64,000 bases of DNA from Porticoccaceae bacterium (GTDB taxonomy: Bacteria; Pseudomonadota; Gammaproteobacteria; Pseudomonadales; Porticoccaceae). The stretch spans positions 3,169 to 67,168 of the forward strand of contig JBFIEE010000008.1 of NCBI GenBank assembly GCA_041603535.1, read 5' to 3'. The first letter of the stretch is position 1, and each line of letters opens with the position of its first letter. The position numbers and the translations under genes were made by a program. Positions 52,976 through 63,688 of the stretch are shown piece after piece. Under the pieces are notes generated by a model, which saw only the letters and a list, made by a program, of their open reading frames with translations, did no database searches and had not been told where the DNA came from.

Positions 52976-53721
52976 CAGTGATCGTCCTTCCCGTGGTGTC
53001 TAATGATCGATTCAAACGGCATGCCGGTTAGCCGGGTGATGCCACGAAACAGATAAATCATGGCGATTACCATGACCGCCATAGCAGGCAGGGCAATGAC
53101 TGGAAAGCTGAGCGCGGTCATCTTACCGAGTTGGGTATTGTACTCCACACTGCCAGGCTGACTGGTAACGATGAACGTCGCCAGTAAGTAATTTAACAGT
53201 GACGAAAGAAAAAACGAACCGGCAATAATCCATGAAGCGGTGATCAGTCGTTTGTCGAACGCCTGCGTACTGTCATTTTCAATTAGTGCGGTCTTAACTT
53301 TTTCGGTCTCCACCACAGTGTCGTTAAACAGCAGGGTGCGCACCAGGGGGTAGCGCGTTTTCAGTGATAGCAGCGTTGCCAGGCCGAAGATGGCTGGCAC
53401 CGCGGCTTCCTTGATGGCCAGAAATTGGGGGTCGAGGCCCAGTAAGCTGATACCCCCAGTGAGAAAAACGCTAAATACGCCAAGCCCGGAGAAAAAGTTG
53501 ATTTTGCGCCGCTGGTGGAAGTCTCGTAGCCCGTAGCTGATGGGAAATAACAGGGCTACGACGATAGCCCAGGTGGTGCCAAGGTACTGTGCATCACTCA
53601 GCTTTACCAGGATCAGGGTTGGCACGACAACATTAAAAGCCAGATTGACGAGCATATTCTCCCGGGGTGGTGGCTGTTCAGGGGTTGCGCTATCTGTCAT
53701 TGCTTTATCTGCTGGATTCAT
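52975..53721 (-). CDS. Multi-pass inner-membrane protein (possibly IspZ/YciB-related or VC0807-type)
   Basis: About 6 hydrophobic segments. It lies immediately upstream of yciI and overlaps it by 1 nt. The 89-aa N-terminal extension of the ORF (to 53988) is basic, low-complexity and judged spurious. Confidence 0.55.
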   Translation of the reverse strand: MNPADKAMTDSATPEQPPPRENMLVNLAFNVVVPTLILVKLSDAQYLGTTWAIVVALLFPISYGLRDFHQRRKINFFSGLGVFSVFLTGGISLLGLDPQFLAIKEAAVPAIFGLATLLSLKTRYPLVRTLLFNDTVVETEKVKTALIENDSTQAFDKRLITASWIIAGSFFLSSLLNYLLATFIVTSQPGSVEYNTQLGKMTALSFPVIALPAMAVMVIAMIYLFRGITRLTGMPFESIIRHHGKDDH

Positions 53722-53793
53722 GAGCAGTGATTTTACCGGTTCCGTCTCGCTTTGGCACGGGTCCTCGCTTCCGGCCAATCGGCTGTGGATAAA

Positions 53794-53809
53794 GGATGAA
53801 AATTCATCC
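53794..53809. promoter_or_regulatory. Perfect palindrome GGATGAA-AA-TTCATCC in a divergent promoter region
   Basis: 7-bp arms at 53794-53800 and 53803-53809. A further ATGAA half-site lies at 53812-53816. The site sits between the membrane/yciI operon and yciO. Confidence 0.5.
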
Positions 53810-53824
53810 CTATGAATCGGCTTA

Positions 53825-53852
53825 ATGTGCCTGTCGCGATGTGCCTGTCGCG
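53825..53852. repeat. Perfect 14-bp tandem duplication (ATGTGCCTGTCGCG x2)
   Basis: Copies at 53825-53838 and 53839-53852 are identical. Confidence 0.95.
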
Positions 53853-53964
53853 GAATTTTGTATTTGGCTTGTCCCGTTTGGATCTGGCGTTGTGTCCGGC
53901 TATCGTGTTTTGGTGGTGAACGGACTATAGTCTGCAGCCTTATTTTGACCCCGTCAGGCTTCCT

Positions 53965-54588
53965 ATGGCGCAAATGCTTTACATCCACCCTGACAATCCC
54001 CAGGGGCGGTTAATTGAACAGGCTGTGGCGATTATCCGGGCGGGTGGGGTACTGGTTTATCCGACTGATTCGGCCTACGCGATTGGTTGTCATCTTGGCG
54101 ATAAAGCGGCCCTGGACAGAATTCGCCAAATCAGACAACTGGATAAGCACCACAATTTTACTCTGGTGTGCCGGGATCTTTCCGAACTGGCGATTTACGC
54201 CAAGGTAAACAATCAGGTATTTCGTCGATTGAAGGCCAATACACCCGGGGCCTATACCTTTATCCTGGAAGCGACTTCTGAAGTACCGCGGCGGCTGATG
54301 CACCCCAAACGCAAGACCATCGGCCTTCGCGTACCGGCCAACCCCATAGCCCAGGCCCTACTGGCCGCGCTGGGTGAGCCGCTGATGAGTAGTACGTTGA
54401 TCATGCCTGGTGCCGAGTACCCATTGACTGATCCCGATGACATCCGCGATATGCTCGACCGGCACGTCGATCTTATCGTCGATGGAGGTTACTGTGGGCT
54501 TGAAGCGACAACCGTGATTGATCTCACCAACGAGAGCCCGGTTGTGCTGCGCCGCGGCATGGGTGATGTTGCGGCTTTTGATCTATAA
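53965..54588 (+). CDS. yciO: YciO (Sua5/YrdC/YciO family, threonylcarbamoyl-AMP synthase-like)
   Basis: MAQMLYIHPDNPQGRLIEQAV...YPTDSAYAIGC...HNFTLVCRDLSEL aligns along its whole length with E. coli YciO. Confidence 0.92.
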   Translation: MAQMLYIHPDNPQGRLIEQAVAIIRAGGVLVYPTDSAYAIGCHLGDKAALDRIRQIRQLDKHHNFTLVCRDLSELAIYAKVNNQVFRRLKANTPGAYTFILEATSEVPRRLMHPKRKTIGLRVPANPIAQALLAALGEPLMSSTLIMPGAEYPLTDPDDIRDMLDRHVDLIVDGGYCGLEATTVIDLTNESPVVLRRGMGDVAAFDL

Positions 54589-54805
54589 GACTAGCGCTGA
54601 GCAGGGCAAGATTGCATTTTGGCTGAATCGGGGCCGTATTTAGGCGCAACAAGACTCCGTTTAGCGACACCGTTTCAGTATAATGCCGGTCACGACAACG
54701 TGATCGAGACCCCCAGTGACCGCAGAGACTGTAGGAGAAAATGCCAGCCTGGCAGCGCCGCCGCAGTTAACCAGCGGTCATTCATCTGGCCCTGCACAGG
54801 GTGAA

Positions 54806-55576
54806 ATGCCGTTTGTCATTGTGCATGGCAAACAACTGACAGAGTTACCCAAAGATCTTTATATTCCGCCTGAAGCACTTGAGGTTATCCTCGAAGCATT
54901 CGAGGGTCCACTCGACCTACTTTTGTACCTGATAAAAAGACAGAATCTCGACATTCTGGAAATTAACGTCGCTGAAATCACCCACCAGTACATGGCTTAT
55001 ATCAACATGATGAAAGCCATGCGCTGGGATCTCGCCGCCGAGTATCTGTTGATGGCTGCTATGCTGGCTGAAATTAAATCGCGCATGCTGCTGCCCCGGC
55101 AGGAAGAGCATGCGGAGGCCGAAGATGACCCACGAGCCGAGCTTATCCGCCGCCTTCAGGAGTATGAGCGTTTTAAACAGGCCGCCGAAGATATCGATGG
55201 ATTGCCGCGCGTTGGCCGCGATGTTTTTGTCGCCCAGGTTAAGCCGCCAGAGCGGGGTCGAGAACGCGCTTACCCTGAAGTGACCATTCAGGAGCTGTTG
55301 GTTGCGCTGGCCGCCACCCTGCAGCGAGCGACACTGCTTGGTAGTCACCATATTTCTTTTGAAGTGTTATCGACGAGAGAGCGCATGAGTCAAATACTAC
55401 ATCGCTTGCAGGGGGCGAAATTTTTACCGTTTTTGGAGTTATTTACCGTGGCAGAGGGGCGCAACGGTGTTGTTGTGACTTTTCTGGCATTGCTCGAACT
55501 GGTCAAAGAAACGTTGGTGGAAATCGTCCAGGGCGAATTCCTGGGGGCGATTCACGTCAAGGCGAGAACCCACTGA
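54806..55576 (+). CDS. scpA: Segregation and condensation protein A
   Basis: FEGPLDLLLYLIKRQNLDILEINVAEIT is the ScpA N-terminal signature. The ORF opens at GTG 54716. Confidence 0.9.
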   Translation: MPFVIVHGKQLTELPKDLYIPPEALEVILEAFEGPLDLLLYLIKRQNLDILEINVAEITHQYMAYINMMKAMRWDLAAEYLLMAAMLAEIKSRMLLPRQEEHAEAEDDPRAELIRRLQEYERFKQAAEDIDGLPRVGRDVFVAQVKPPERGRERAYPEVTIQELLVALAATLQRATLLGSHHISFEVLSTRERMSQILHRLQGAKFLPFLELFTVAEGRNGVVVTFLALLELVKETLVEIVQGEFLGAIHVKARTH

Positions 55577-56364
55577 TGCAGGGAGTTCAATTAAGAAATA
55601 TCATCGAAGCTGCCCTGCTGGCGGCGGGGCAGACGCTGGATGTAAGCGCTCTCGAAAAATTGTTTGATGAGACGGAGCGCCCGGATCGGGATGTACTTCA
55701 GGCCGCCCTGGAGGATATAGAAGCGGACTGCAAGGGGCGGGGGTTTGAGCTGAAACGCACTGCCAGTGGCTATCGATTGCAGATTCGGGAAGAGTTCGCG
55801 CCCTGGATTAACCGTCTCTGGGAAGAAAAACCGAAGAAATACTCGCGCGCCTTGCTGGAGACATTGGCCCTGATCGCCTACCGACAACCCCTGACCCGAG
55901 GTGATATTGAGCAGGTGCGTGGTGTTGCCGTGAGTTCCGATACGATCCGTGCTCTTCAGGATCGGGAATGGGTGCGTTCTGTTGGGCACCGCGATGTGCC
56001 GGGTCGGCCAGCGCTCTACGCCACCACAAAAAAATTCCTCGACGATTTTAATCTGGCCAGCCTGAACGACTTGCCACCCCTTAGTGAAATTCGCGACATG
56101 GATGTATTCAACGAAGAGTTTGGTTTCGATAATCCACAACCGTCCACAAGTAATGCGCCCAGCACCGTCGTCGCGGAAGACGGTGAAACTTTAGACGAAA
56201 CGGGTGATTTAGATCTGGGAGCTGACCCGGAGGTGCAGGCCATCCCTGGCGACAGCGAGTCGGAAGATGATCTTGATGACGCAGTGTCAAATAACGATAC
56301 TTCCACCAATGACGATACTTTAATGAATGGCAATACACCTGCAAGGACACCGACAGCACCGTGA
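55576..56364 (+). CDS. scpB: Segregation and condensation protein B, with an acidic C-terminal extension
   Basis: IEAALLAAGQTL..., and the winged-helix repeat LETLALIAYRQPLTRGDIEQVRGV. The start overlaps the scpA stop. Confidence 0.9.
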   Translation: MQGVQLRNIIEAALLAAGQTLDVSALEKLFDETERPDRDVLQAALEDIEADCKGRGFELKRTASGYRLQIREEFAPWINRLWEEKPKKYSRALLETLALIAYRQPLTRGDIEQVRGVAVSSDTIRALQDREWVRSVGHRDVPGRPALYATTKKFLDDFNLASLNDLPPLSEIRDMDVFNEEFGFDNPQPSTSNAPSTVVAEDGETLDETGDLDLGADPEVQAIPGDSESEDDLDDAVSNNDTSTNDDTLMNGNTPARTPTAP

Positions 56365-57191
56365 CTGAAAAAATTCACAAAGTACTCGCTCAGGCTGGTC
56401 TGGGGTCGCGCCGGGAGATTGAAAAGTGGGTCGCCAGTGGGCGGGTTTCGGTCAATGGCACCGTGGCGACGACGGGTGATCGTGTGGCCTGGGATGATCA
56501 GATCGCTGTCGACGGTAAACGAGTTAAGACAAATAATCGTGATGAACGTCTTCGGGTGCTGATCTATAACAAGCCAGTTGGTGAAATTTGTACACGTCGC
56601 GATCCGAAGGGTCGTCGCACGGTATTTGACTCTTTGCCGTCGATCAGCAATGGCCGTTGGGTAGCTATTGGACGACTGGATATCAATACCAGTGGCTTAT
56701 TGCTGTTTAGTAATCACGGAGAACTGGCCAATCGCCTGATGCACCCGTCCAATCAGATTGAGCGAGAGTATATTGCTCGCGTGCGCGGTGTGGTTGACGA
56801 TGCCATGCTGGGGCGCCTGCAGGAAGGTGTGCTACTCGATGATGGCATTGCGCGGTTTAGCAAAATTGGTGTGGGTGCGCGTTCCGGTACCCACCAGTGG
56901 TTCTCGGTGGTGTTGACCGAGGGCCGGCAGCGCGAGGTACGCCGTTTGTGGGAGTCCCAGGGGGTAGAGGTGAGCCGCCTGAAGCGCGCGAAATATGGCA
57001 CTGTGGAAATGCCTTCCTATGTAATGCCTGGGCAGTGGCTTGATCTTGCGCCAACAGAAATCGCGGTACTTGGCAAACTGGTGGGTCTGAAATTGAAGCA
57101 GGCGCCCCTGACGCCGGACGAGCGTAAGGAGCGCGAGCGTCAATTACATCGCTTGAAGGCGCGGGGTGGGGCGGCGAGCCGCCGAGTCTAG
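56361..57191 (+). CDS. rluB: 23S rRNA pseudouridine synthase RluB (RsuA/RluB family)
   Basis: S4 domain KVLAQAGLGSRREIEKWVASGRVSVNG, the catalytic motif GRLDINTSGLLL, and a basic C-terminal tail. Confidence 0.9.
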   Translation: MTEKIHKVLAQAGLGSRREIEKWVASGRVSVNGTVATTGDRVAWDDQIAVDGKRVKTNNRDERLRVLIYNKPVGEICTRRDPKGRRTVFDSLPSISNGRWVAIGRLDINTSGLLLFSNHGELANRLMHPSNQIEREYIARVRGVVDDAMLGRLQEGVLLDDGIARFSKIGVGARSGTHQWFSVVLTEGRQREVRRLWESQGVEVSRLKRAKYGTVEMPSYVMPGQWLDLAPTEIAVLGKLVGLKLKQAPLTPDERKERERQLHRLKARGGAASRRV

Positions 57192-57292
57192 ATTGTGATG
57201 AATCTGGTCTTTCTCGGGCTTAGCCTGTCACGGACCTGGCCTGTTTTGACTGGGTTGGTGACATTGCATTCTTTTTTGTCAGGTGTCTGGTC

Positions 57293-58048
57293 CTATTGGG
57301 CATCGACGGACTGACCGTTAGTGCCTTTACTGTCCGGTCCCATCAAATAGAGGTACGCGGGCATGATTTGCTCCGCGCTTTTCAGCGTTGACGGATTTTC
57401 CGCCGGGTAGGCGACAGCGCGCATGGCTGTGCGTGTGGCACCGGGATTGATACAGTTCACCCGGATATTGCTGACATCTTCAAGTTCGTTGCTGAGTACC
57501 TGGGACAGTCCTTCAATAGCAAATTTCGACACGGCGTAGGCACCCCAGAACGCGCGGCCATGACGACCGACACCGGACGACGTGAAGAGAATGGATGCGT
57601 CAGGAGAAGCCTTTAATGACGGCAGTGTGGCTTTGGTGAGCAGGAACGCCGCAGTGACGTTGACCTGCATTACCTGCTGCCAAATTGCCTGCTGGTAATT
57701 GCCAATGGATGTGCGTTGGCCGAGTAAGCCAGCGTTATGAAGCAGTCCGTCTAGTTGACCGAACTGATTTTCGATGGCGTCAGCCATGTGCTGATAATCG
57801 GCTTCCACGGCGGTTTCCATGCAAAGCGGAAAAATTACGGGTTCAGGGCCGCCCTGTTGCCTTATGTCATCGTAGACCTGTTCCAGTTTGGCGACGGTCC
57901 TGCCCAATAAAATAACCGTGGCGCCCCTGTCTGCAAAGGCTTTTGCAGCCGCCTTGCCGATGCCATCCCCAGCGCCAGTGACAAGGATAATCCTGTCTTT
58001 AAGCAGGTGGGGCGGTGCAGTATAGTTTTTCGGCGTGATATCAGTCAT
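57293..58048 (-). CDS. yciK: YciK-like SDR family oxidoreductase
   Basis: LLKDRIILVTGAGDGIG and YAVSKFAIEG, with full-length similarity to E. coli YciK. Alternative starts lie at 58054 and 58066. Confidence 0.88.
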   Translation of the reverse strand: MTDITPKNYTAPPHLLKDRIILVTGAGDGIGKAAAKAFADRGATVILLGRTVAKLEQVYDDIRQQGGPEPVIFPLCMETAVEADYQHMADAIENQFGQLDGLLHNAGLLGQRTSIGNYQQAIWQQVMQVNVTAAFLLTKATLPSLKASPDASILFTSSGVGRHGRAFWGAYAVSKFAIEGLSQVLSNELEDVSNIRVNCINPGATRTAMRAVAYPAENPSTLKSAEQIMPAYLYLMGPDSKGTNGQSVDAQ

Positions 58049-58159
58049 TGGCATCTTCAGTAGCATGTGGAGTGAACGAGGTACGCGGTGATTAGCCGGT
58101 GCGACGTCTGGTAACGGGGTTTATTGCTGACGGATCTGACGTTCCTCAGGCTGCCTCGG

Positions 58160-58819
58160 CTAAAACAGAATGTGCTGGAGTTCATCGGCGTTGGCAACGA
58201 CATGGTGGGCGCCCCAGGTGTCCGGGTGGTCCTCCTCTATATAACCGTAGGCAGCGGCAACCGTGATGACTCCAGCGCTGCGTCCTGCTTCGATGTCGCG
58301 GCGGTGGTCGCCAACAAACATGGTTTGTTGTGGTGTCACTGCCAGCTCCTGGCAGGCCAGCAGTACCGCCTCCGGGTGGGGTTTTGTGTTCGTGACGTGA
58401 TCGGGGCAGATAACGGTGCCTGGTGCGGGTTGCAAATTTAACGCTGCCAGAATGGGTGTGGTATAGCGACTCGGTTTGTTGGTGACTATACCCCACGGCA
58501 TACCCTGCTCACCCAGGCGGGTTAACAGAGCCTGGATGCCGGGAAAGGGCCGGGTTTGTCGGCATAAATTTTGTAGATATAGCTCAAGAAATTCGCCGCG
58601 GATGGTTTCAAATTCGCTGTCCTGTTCGGTGCAATTGAAGGCGTAAGCGACCAGACCTGCCGAACCGTTACTGATCAGGGCGCGAATGGCGGCTTCAGAT
58701 AGCGCGGGCCGATTTTTTTTTGCCAGTAATTGATTCATTGCTACCGCAAAATCGGGGGCAGTATCGAGCAGTGTGCCGTCCAGATCAAACAATACAGCCC
58801 GACAGCTTGTGGACCGCAT
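58160..58819 (-). CDS. HAD-IA hydrolase, phosphoglycolate phosphatase-like (Gph/MupP family)
   Basis: DLDGTLLDT motif I and GDHRRDIEAG motif IV. It sits between ubiG and yciK, as in pseudomonads. Confidence 0.8.
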   Translation of the reverse strand: MRSTSCRAVLFDLDGTLLDTAPDFAVAMNQLLAKKNRPALSEAAIRALISNGSAGLVAYAFNCTEQDSEFETIRGEFLELYLQNLCRQTRPFPGIQALLTRLGEQGMPWGIVTNKPSRYTTPILAALNLQPAPGTVICPDHVTNTKPHPEAVLLACQELAVTPQQTMFVGDHRRDIEAGRSAGVITVAAAYGYIEEDHPDTWGAHHVVANADELQHILF

Positions 58820-59553
58820 TATTCGGGCCTGCTTGCGTGCACCATGTAGTTGACGCTGACATCGGTGGGGTGCAGGCGATATTTGCGCAGGATAGGGTTA
58901 TATATGAGGCCGACAATGTGGTTAACCTCAAGGCCGGCTGCCCGAATCCATCGCGTCATCTCGGCAGGCCGGATCAGATTGGCGTAACTGTGTGTGCCGC
59001 GAGGCAGCAGGTTGAGCACGTACTCGGCACCGACAATTGCAAACAGGAAAGATTTTGGATTGCGGTTGATGGTCGAGAAATACAGGTCGCCACCGGGTTT
59101 GACGAGAGTCGCGCAGGCGTTGATTACCGATGCGGGATCGGGAACGTGCTCCAGCATTTCAAGGCAGGTAACGACTTCATAGCTGGCAGGGCGCTCAGCG
59201 GCGTGTTGTTCCGCAGTCGTCAGCTGGTAATCAATGCTGAGACCTGATTCGATACAGTGCAGGCGGGCGATCTCCAGTGGCGTCTGACCCATGTCGATAC
59301 CGGTCACGGAGGCGCCCCGTTGCGCCATGGCCTCGGCAAGAATGCCGCCGCCGCACCCAACATCGAGGAGGTGCTTGTCGGCGACGGGAGAGTGACCGTC
59401 GATCCAGTTAGCGCGCAGAGGGTTAATTTCGTGGAGCGGTTTGAATTCGCTATCGGGATCCCACCAGCGTGTCGCCAGCGCTTCGAATTTAGCGATCTCC
59501 GCCGCATCGACGTTATTGCCTTGATGTGTGTCGTTGCCTTGCTGTGTCGACAT
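58819..59553 (-). CDS. ubiG: Ubiquinone biosynthesis O-methyltransferase
   Basis: [10 protein letters not shown] and the SAM motif [13 protein letters not shown], with full-length UbiG similarity. Confidence 0.93.
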   Translation of the reverse strand: MSTQQGNDTHQGNNVDAAEIAKFEALATRWWDPDSEFKPLHEINPLRANWIDGHSPVADKHLLDVGCGGGILAEAMAQRGASVTGIDMGQTPLEIARLHCIESGLSIDYQLTTAEQHAAERPASYEVVTCLEMLEHVPDPASVINACATLVKPGGDLYFSTINRNPKSFLFAIVGAEYVLNLLPRGTHSYANLIRPAEMTRWIRAAGLEVNHIVGLIYNPILRKYRLHPTDVSVNYMVHASRPE

Positions 59554-59558
59554 GAGAG

Positions 59559-60908
59559 CTAGCCGCCAGTGATTTTGTCTTGCCAGTATTTAGCCTTGCT
59601 GATGATTTCGCGCTGATCCATGGTCTGCAGCACACCGTCATTGACCAACAACCTGCCGTTAACCCAGACGTGGCTGACCTGTCTGGCGCAATCAGTATAA
59701 ATTAGCTGCGAGAGTGGATTATACAGAGGTTGCGAGTAGAGCGATGACATGTTGATAGCAATGAGGTCGGCCGCCATGCCGGCTTCAATAGTGCCGATCT
59801 GGTCGTCCATGCCGAGTGCTTTGGCGCCGTTGCAGGTAGCCATGGCGAGCGCCTGCGTGGCGCTGACGGCGGTGGCATCTCCGGTGGCACCTTTGGCGAT
59901 CAGCGCTGCCAGATTCATCGCAGCAAACAAATTGAGACTATTGTTGCTCGCTGCACCATCAGTACCCAATGCCACGTTGACGCCTGCTGCAAGCAGTTGT
60001 GATGTCGGGCAAAAGCCATTGCCGAGCTTCATGTTGGACTGCGGACAGTGCAGCACATGAGCGCCGGTGCGTTGCAGCGTGGCAATATCGGCTTCGTTGA
60101 CCTGGGTCATGTGGACGCATTGAGTCAGCGGTGAAAGCGCGCCCAATTGCAACAGCCTGTCCAGGGGGCGGCGACCGTCAGCGGCCAGGGCATCGTCAAT
60201 TTCCTGGGCCGTTTCATGGAGGTGAATCTGAATTCCCGCATCGAGCTCCCCGGCCAGAGCAACCACCTTGCGCAAGGCTTCATCGCCAACGGTATAGGGG
60301 GCGTGTGGGCCGAAGGCAACGTTGATCAGTGTGTCACTTTTGCACTCGTCATACAGGCTAAGGCCTTTGTGGATATATTCGTCGGCATCTCGCGCCCAGG
60401 CCGACGGAAACTCCAGAATCGGAAATGTCACCTGCCCCCTCATACCGGTTTTGCGCAGGGTGCGGGCAACCTGGTCGGGGAAAAAGTACATGTCCGCGAA
60501 ACACGTGATGCCGCTGAGTAACATTTCCGCCATGGCCAGCTCGGTGCCGTCCCTGACAAATTCATCGCTGACCCAGCGGCCTTCGGTGGGCCAGATGTGG
60601 TCGTTGAGCCACTGGTGCAGCGGCATGTCATCAGCAAAGCCGCGTAGCAGAGACATCGCCGAGTGGCTGTGCGTGTTGATTAACCCCGGCATTAACAGGG
60701 CATCGGGCAGGCTGTACTCCCTGTCCGCAGAGAAGCGGAGTCTGGCTTCATCGGTGGGCAGTACGGCGGTAATTCGCTGGTCGCGGATAACCACACTGCA
60801 ACCGGTGAGAACGCTGTCGAGCGGTTTCATCGGCACAATCCAGCCTGGGCTGATAATGAGATCGGCGCGGCCGGTGGTTACCCTGGGGGCAGTTACACTG
60901 GTGGTCAT
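59559..60908 (-). CDS. mtaD: TRZ/ATZ family amidohydrolase, probable 5-methylthioadenosine/S-adenosylhomocysteine deaminase
   Basis: Metal site [16 protein letters not shown] and GTDGAASNN. It lies upstream of ubiG, as in pseudomonads. Confidence 0.85.
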   Translation of the reverse strand: MTTSVTAPRVTTGRADLIISPGWIVPMKPLDSVLTGCSVVIRDQRITAVLPTDEARLRFSADREYSLPDALLMPGLINTHSHSAMSLLRGFADDMPLHQWLNDHIWPTEGRWVSDEFVRDGTELAMAEMLLSGITCFADMYFFPDQVARTLRKTGMRGQVTFPILEFPSAWARDADEYIHKGLSLYDECKSDTLINVAFGPHAPYTVGDEALRKVVALAGELDAGIQIHLHETAQEIDDALAADGRRPLDRLLQLGALSPLTQCVHMTQVNEADIATLQRTGAHVLHCPQSNMKLGNGFCPTSQLLAAGVNVALGTDGAASNNSLNLFAAMNLAALIAKGATGDATAVSATQALAMATCNGAKALGMDDQIGTIEAGMAADLIAINMSSLYSQPLYNPLSQLIYTDCARQVSHVWVNGRLLVNDGVLQTMDQREIISKAKYWQDKITGG

Positions 60909-61148
60909 ATTACGCTGTTAGCCATAGATGTTGTTCTTACACGGGCGCAGATGCGGTGTCCTCGTCGATACATAACACAGGCGTCCAGTATACCCCATGG
61001 ATCGCGCCCATTCCGGTGCCTGGTGCTGGCGTTTTATGCCGACTTTATATGGTACAATTTGCGGCTTGCATTTGGCCTTTCGGTGGCGTTTCAACGAGCC
61101 TGCTGAGGCCTGTCATTTGACAGTGAAGTTCGGGGGTATAGGCGAAAC

Positions 61149-63686
61149 GTGGCTGAATTAGCAAAAGAAGTCCTGCTTGTAAACATCGAGGATGAGCTGA
61201 GTAAGTCCTATCTCGATTACGCGATGAGCGTCATTGTCGGACGTGCTTTACCCGACTTGCGTGACGGTTTGAAGCCGGTGCACCGCCGCGTACTGTTTGC
61301 CATGAGCGAGTTAAACAACGACTGGAACAGGCCCTACAAAAAGTCTGCTCGGGTGGTTGGCGATGTTATCGGTAAATATCATCCTCATGGCGATTCTGCG
61401 GTGTACGACACCATTGTGCGTATGGCGCAGTCGTTTTCGTTACGTTACCCGCTGGTCGACGGGCAGGGTAACTTCGGTTCGGTTGATGGCGATTCGGCTG
61501 CGGCGATGTGCTACACCGAAATTCGCATGTCTAAAATAGCTCATTCGCTCCTTGCCGATCTCGACAAGGAAACTGTTGATTTCGTGCCGAATTACGACGA
61601 AACCGAGATGATTCCGGCGGTAATGCCGACCCGTGTGCCCAACCTGCTGGTGAATGGGTCATCGGGCATTGCAGTGGGCATGGCGACAAACATACCACCC
61701 CACAATTTGCGCGAGGTGATCACTGCCTGTTTGCAGCTGATTGAAAACCCGGATATGTCCATTGATGAAATTATGGCGTGTATCCCGGGCCCGGACTTCC
61801 CCACAGGCGCTATTATCAACGGCCGTGCCGGTATTATTCAGGCTTATCGAACGGGCCGAGGCCGGATCTATATTCGCGCTCGCGCCGAAGTAGAGGTCGA
61901 TAAAAAGACCGCCAGGGAAACCATCATCATCAGTGAGATTCCCTATCAGCTGAACAAGGCTCGCCTGGTTGAGAAAATTGCCGAGCTGGTGAAGGAAAAG
62001 AAGATTGAAGGGATTTCTGAATTACGTGATGAGTCTGATAAAGACGGGCTGCGCGTAGTCATCGAACTCCGGCGCGGTGAGATGGGCGAGGTGGTGCTGA
62101 ACAACCTCTATGCGCAAACTCAGCTCGAAACGGTGTTCGGCATCAATATCGTGGGCCTCGTTGATGGTCAGCCGCAAACGCTGAATATCAAGCGGCTGTT
62201 GGAAGTGTTTATACGTCATCGCATGGAAGTGGTGACACGCCGTACAGTCTATCTGTTGCGCAAGGCCAGGGAGCGTAGTCATATTCTGGAAGGGCTGGCC
62301 ATCGCGATCGCGAACATCGATGCGGTAATCGCGCTGATAAAGGCTTCTCCGACACCTGCTGAAGCGCGCGAGAATTTGCTCAGGCAGAGTTGGGCGCCGG
62401 GTGATGTCACCGAGTTTCTGGAGCGGGCTGACGCGACCAGTCGGCCCGACGATCTCGACGAATCACATGGCCTGCGCGACGGCAGTTACTATCTGTCACC
62501 GCCGCAGGCTCAGGCTATTCTCGAGCTGCGCTTACACCGCCTGACCGGCATGGAGCACGATAAGCTGCTTGGCGAGTACCGTGAAAAGCTGGATGAAATT
62601 GCCGGCTATCTGTCGATTCTGGGCAGTTCGGTAAACCTGATGGCGGTTATCCGGGACGAGCTCGTTGAAATAGATAAAGAATTTGGCGATGTACGGAAAA
62701 CGGAGATTGTTGATTCTCGGCACGATCTTACAGTCGCCGATCTGATCCCGGTGGAAGACAGGGTGGTAACCGTGTCCCACGGTGGTTATGCCAAAACCCA
62801 GCCGATTGACGACTATCAGGCGCAGCGTCGCGGTGGTACGGGTCGATCCGCGACAGCTGTTAAGGACGAAGACTTTATTGAGCATTTGCTGGTTGCCAGC
62901 ACACACGACACGATTCTGTGTTTCAGTAATGCGGGGAAGGTTTACTGGCTTAAGGTGTATCAGATTCCGGTGGCCAGCCGCTCCGCCCGGGGCCGCCCCA
63001 TGGTCAATCTATTGCCCCTGGAGGAAGGAGAGCGAGTGACATCGATTCTGCCGGTTAGCGAGTATCGTGAAGATCAGTTTGTTTTTATGGCGACGTCCAG
63101 TGGAACGGTGAAAAAGACCGCGTTGACAGCATTCGCCAGACCCCGCAGTGTTGGTTTGAGGGCCGTTGAGCTGGACGAAGGTGATCGGTTGATTGGTACC
63201 GCCATCACCGATGGCAGTCAGGATATCATGCTGTTTTGCAGTTCCGGTAAGGCGACACGCTTCCATGAAACGGACGTGCGGGCGATGGGACGGACAGCCC
63301 GTGGCGTACGCGGTATCAAAGTACCGGCAGGAGAGAAGTTGATCGCGCTGATTGTGCCGGACCCCGACAAGACGCTGTTGACTGTCTGTACAAATGGGCA
63401 CGGTAAGCGAACCTCTGTAGACGAATTCTCTGTATTTAAGCGGGGTGGTCAGGGGGTGATTGCAATTCAGACTTCTGCGCGAAATGGTCAGTTGGTGTCA
63501 GTGGTAGATGTTAACGACAACGATGAAACGGTATTGATCTCTGATCAGGGCACAATGGTGCGCATCAGGGTCGATGAAATACCGGTGCAGGGCCGAAACA
63601 CCCAGGGTGTACGGCTGATCAGAGTTAAAGATGATGAGGCCCTGGTCGGCGTCGCCGTTATCAAAGACGAAGAGGTTGAGGCATAG
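61149..63686 (+). CDS. gyrA: DNA gyrase subunit A
   Basis: GTG start. The protein is collinear with E. coli GyrA, including the QRDR ([11 protein letters not shown]), the catalytic Tyr and the GyrA box [10 protein letters not shown]. Residue 121 is Cys rather than Arg. Confidence 0.96.
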   Translation: MAELAKEVLLVNIEDELSKSYLDYAMSVIVGRALPDLRDGLKPVHRRVLFAMSELNNDWNRPYKKSARVVGDVIGKYHPHGDSAVYDTIVRMAQSFSLRYPLVDGQGNFGSVDGDSAAAMCYTEIRMSKIAHSLLADLDKETVDFVPNYDETEMIPAVMPTRVPNLLVNGSSGIAVGMATNIPPHNLREVITACLQLIENPDMSIDEIMACIPGPDFPTGAIINGRAGIIQAYRTGRGRIYIRARAEVEVDKKTARETIIISEIPYQLNKARLVEKIAELVKEKKIEGISELRDESDKDGLRVVIELRRGEMGEVVLNNLYAQTQLETVFGINIVGLVDGQPQTLNIKRLLEVFIRHRMEVVTRRTVYLLRKARERSHILEGLAIAIANIDAVIALIKASPTPAEARENLLRQSWAPGDVTEFLERADATSRPDDLDESHGLRDGSYYLSPPQAQAILELRLHRLTGMEHDKLLGEYREKLDEIAGYLSILGSSVNLMAVIRDELVEIDKEFGDVRKTEIVDSRHDLTVADLIPVEDRVVTVSHGGYAKTQPIDDYQAQRRGGTGRSATAVKDEDFIEHLLVASTHDTILCFSNAGKVYWLKVYQIPVASRSARGRPMVNLLPLEEGERVTSILPVSEYREDQFVFMATSSGTVKKTALTAFARPRSVGLRAVELDEGDRLIGTAITDGSQDIMLFCSSGKATRFHETDVRAMGRTARGVRGIKVPAGEKLIALIVPDPDKTLLTVCTNGHGKRTSVDEFSVFKRGGQGVIAIQTSARNGQLVSVVDVNDNDETVLISDQGTMVRIRVDEIPVQGRNTQGVRLIRVKDDEALVGVAVIKDEEVEA

Positions 63687-63688
63687 CT

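Noticed and set aside
53722-53988. An 89-aa N-terminal extension of the membrane-protein ORF. Similar long 5' extensions occur on the trmL (to 40313), nspC (to 17933), CANSDH (to 19174), yqhA (to 4576) and GGDEF-EAL (from 34641) ORFs.
   Set aside because: The extensions are basic or low-complexity and unlike the family N-termini. Internal ATGs give proteins matching the expected family starts and lengths.
61110-61123. The palindrome CTGTCA-TT-TGACAG, 26 nt upstream of gyrA, resembles a LexA box.
   Set aside because: The spacing is CTGT-N6-ACAG, not the gammaproteobacterial CTGT-N8-ACAG. It is more likely a small 5'-UTR hairpin, and gyrA is not an SOS gene.
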